Origin: the human T2T-CHM13v2.0 reference genome, Homo sapiens
Length of the DNA: 64,000 bases
Strand: one strand, 5' to 3'
NCBI RefSeq assembly: GCF_009914755.1
Contig: NC_060930.1
Each line of letters begins with the position of its first letter. Position 1 is the first letter of the stretch. Below, piece by piece: positions 59,504 through 64,000 of this stretch. The notes under the pieces were generated by a model. That model searched no databases, was not told where the DNA came from, and was given only the letters and a program-made list of their open reading frames with translations. Both the position numbers and the translations under genes were made by a program.

Positions 59504-60451
59504 AAACTAGAAAATAGTTGAAGCTTTTCCCAATGATTCACCTTTCTTTCAGTTTGAACACTTTCTCTTGATCAGGAGCCTCAGCTTCCTTTTGTATGCA
59601 TACTGATTACTATAAATTTGGAGCCAGAAAACTAAGTAACTGGAAATTAAAGACAGTGTAATATAAATAATAAATTACATTGATTCTACTATATATATTT
59701 TATTCTACTTTTGGATGAAAATCTCAAACATTTTTGCCTGCTGTATACAATTATAAATCCTCTCGCAATATTAATTTCATCAAAATTAATCCTCAAAATA
59801 TGCTTATTATAGTGTAAAACTTACTGTGAGCACACAAGAATGATATTTTTAGTCCCTAAATTACACTACAGTTTATGTTAAATTATTAACATGAAGGCAG
59901 TATGTAAATAAAGCAACTTGGCTAAATGCAAATTTCATTATCACTAAAAATGCAGCAGTATTTATGTCTTCCACAGCAAGGAAAAACCAGCTCCTCAACT
60001 GAAAAATTTATGTATGAAAACTTTCTTCTCTGAGTAAAAGTTAGGTAATAAAATATGTTTACTTCCAGGATTTCCAAATGCTTTACATAGCAATTGGTGT
60101 TGAATATGCCCTCTTCCTGGGCATATAACCCTGATTTATGCCACATAACACACTTATTAGTTGTGCAAAAGTCAATGACATGAATCATGCTAAGAACACA
60201 AAAAATTATTGTTTTTTGTGGATATTATGTCCTTATTTTTATTTATGAGGAAAGTAGTACAGAGTTAAGAATTTAAATGGTTTAAATATCTTTGAATACT
60301 TAAAAGGAGATATCAAAATGTTAGTAAGCATATATACTTGGAATTTTGGTTTTAAAAATTAACCCTTAAACCACGAACAATTTAGACTCAATCAATTATG
60401 TGTTGATTTAATGTAGAATCAGTTAACAATAGAGTTTAAGAATTGAGTCCA

Positions 60452-60758
60452 GGCCTAGCGCAGTGGCTCACACCTATAATCTCAGCACTTTGGGAGGCCA
60501 AGGTGGGCAGATCACCTGAGGTCCGGAGTTTGAGACCAGGCTGACCAACATGGAGAAACCCTGTCTTTACTAAAAATAAAAAATTAGCCAGTTGTGATGG
60601 CACATGCCTGTAATCACAACTACTTGGGAGGTTGAGGTAGGAGAATCGCTTGAACCTGGGAGACAGAGGTTGTGCTAAGCCGAGATCATGCCACTGCACT
60701 CCAGCCTGGGCAACAAGAGTGAAACTCCATCTCAAAAAAAAAAAAAAAAAAAAAGAAG
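60452..60758 (+). mobile_element. AluSp/Sq-like
   Basis: aacatggagaaacc and caacaagagtgaaactcc diagnostics; TSD aagaattgagtcca. Confidence 0.94.
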
Positions 60759-60919
60759 AAGAATTGAGTCCATTAGGATTTGAGAGAATTTGCTTAAAAA
60801 AAAAAAAAGAATTGAGTCCAATCATAGAACCATTACTTATTAGCTAGGTGCAATTGGTTAAGTTTCTTAACCTCTTTAAACCATAGCACTCTCAGTTCTA
60901 AAATACTATTACTAAAACA

Positions 60920-62895
<1,976 letters not shown>

Positions 62896-63449
62896 TTTTA
62901 AAACACAAATAGAAGAATTGGCTATATTGGATAAAATAAATTACTAAAATTATAAAATTAACACAATTTTTGCTATTTGAAGATCAAATGGCATTTTCCA
63001 TTTAAAGCATTTAGCGCAGTGTCAATCACAAAGTAACAACTCAATAATTAACAACACAGATTTTTGTTTTTATTGCATTATTGTTAATATTATTTTAAAG
63101 TTAAAGAGAAAGGGTTCCACAGATTTTTTTCAAAAATCTTCAAATATATATCAAAGAAGCATTAAGTTATTGGGCGCAAGTTTTTTTTTTTTTATTTAAC
63201 CATTATAATATCTCTTGAATTACCATATACTTTCTATCTGCAGTGGTACATTTCACCACATCTTAGCCCTTGAATATTACGATAGTTCTTTAGTTGGATG
63301 CTAGCTTTACTAACAATCAGCTCACTCTCTACACAACTACCAAAATGATGTTTTTAAAGAAGAATAAGAGTCCAGACATAATTTTGTAGAGTAATTTTAC
63401 CCTGCTCTTATCTGCTAAGTAAAACTATAATCTCTTAGGGGGGAGAAAA

Positions 63450-64000
63450 TACAAAATGAAGTCAAACAATAACTCTAAAAAATAGAAATACAAAGGCACA
63501 CTGGTTAGGAACCCTGGGAGTGGAAAAGCAACATAAGGACAGGGCATCTTACTATCCTTCACTCAGAAGAAGAAAGCAACCCTGGCCAATGCCTAGGAGG
63601 TTCATTCTCTCTTGGATCAAATATGAGTTCTCTCAGCAATACCAGGCAAGTCCAGTACCACTGGTAAAGAGGGTTGATCTGGAGCCACACTAAGAATAAA
63701 TAGCCAGGGGAAGCATGGTCCTTCCCTGAGATGCTAGAGACTACCCTCCCTCACTGAGAGTAGCCAAGTGAACCCGTCACAACAAGCTGCCAGACCTGGA
63801 ACATGACCTCTGTCCTTATAGGCAAGAAAAGCTTTTTCTTTGCCTTGAGGCACTAGGTGATGCAGCATAAGGCAACCCCTCTTGCCCCATTGAGAAGGAC
63901 CAGCAAAGACCAGGGAGAGCTTCAGCCTCACTAAATAAATCAAGCAGACCAAAACAGCGAGGCAAAACTCTAAAAATGAAACTATCTTTGAAACCACAGC
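63450..64000 (+). mobile_element. Possible old L1M 5' region
   Basis: A compositional shift and L1M 5'-UTR-like motifs; truncated by the window end. Confidence 0.35.

Overview
This is primate (almost certainly human) intergenic DNA, AT-rich and dominated by interspersed repeats: about 20 Alus, many L1 fragments, L2/MIR, MaLR and ERV1 solo LTRs, and DNA-transposon relics. The one gene-like element is a ~5.2 kb processed pseudogene of KRAS on the + strand (50176-55410), which I recognise as KRASP1 (human 6p12). It copies a KRAS4B mRNA with the full long 3' UTR and a poly(A) remnant, and its coding region is frameshifted. I find no intact protein-coding gene, RNA gene or new multi-gene system; the supplied ORFs are Alu/L1 read-through, KRASP1 fragments or chance. 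The most interesting signals are sequence fossils. (1) A multi-template-switch repair scar lies inside an Alu at 10.6-11.2 kb. (2) KRASP1 records an alternative exon-1 donor, an intact Alu target-site duplication (TSD), retained CpGs and substitutions that mimic KRAS G13S and A59T. (3) One TSD occurs three times around a 23-nt orphan insert at 60.4-60.8 kb. (4) There is also a tight inverted Alu pair and a probable twin-primed L1. All comparisons to KRAS mRNA and repeat consensi are from memory, not alignment, so subfamily calls and old-repeat boundaries are approximate.
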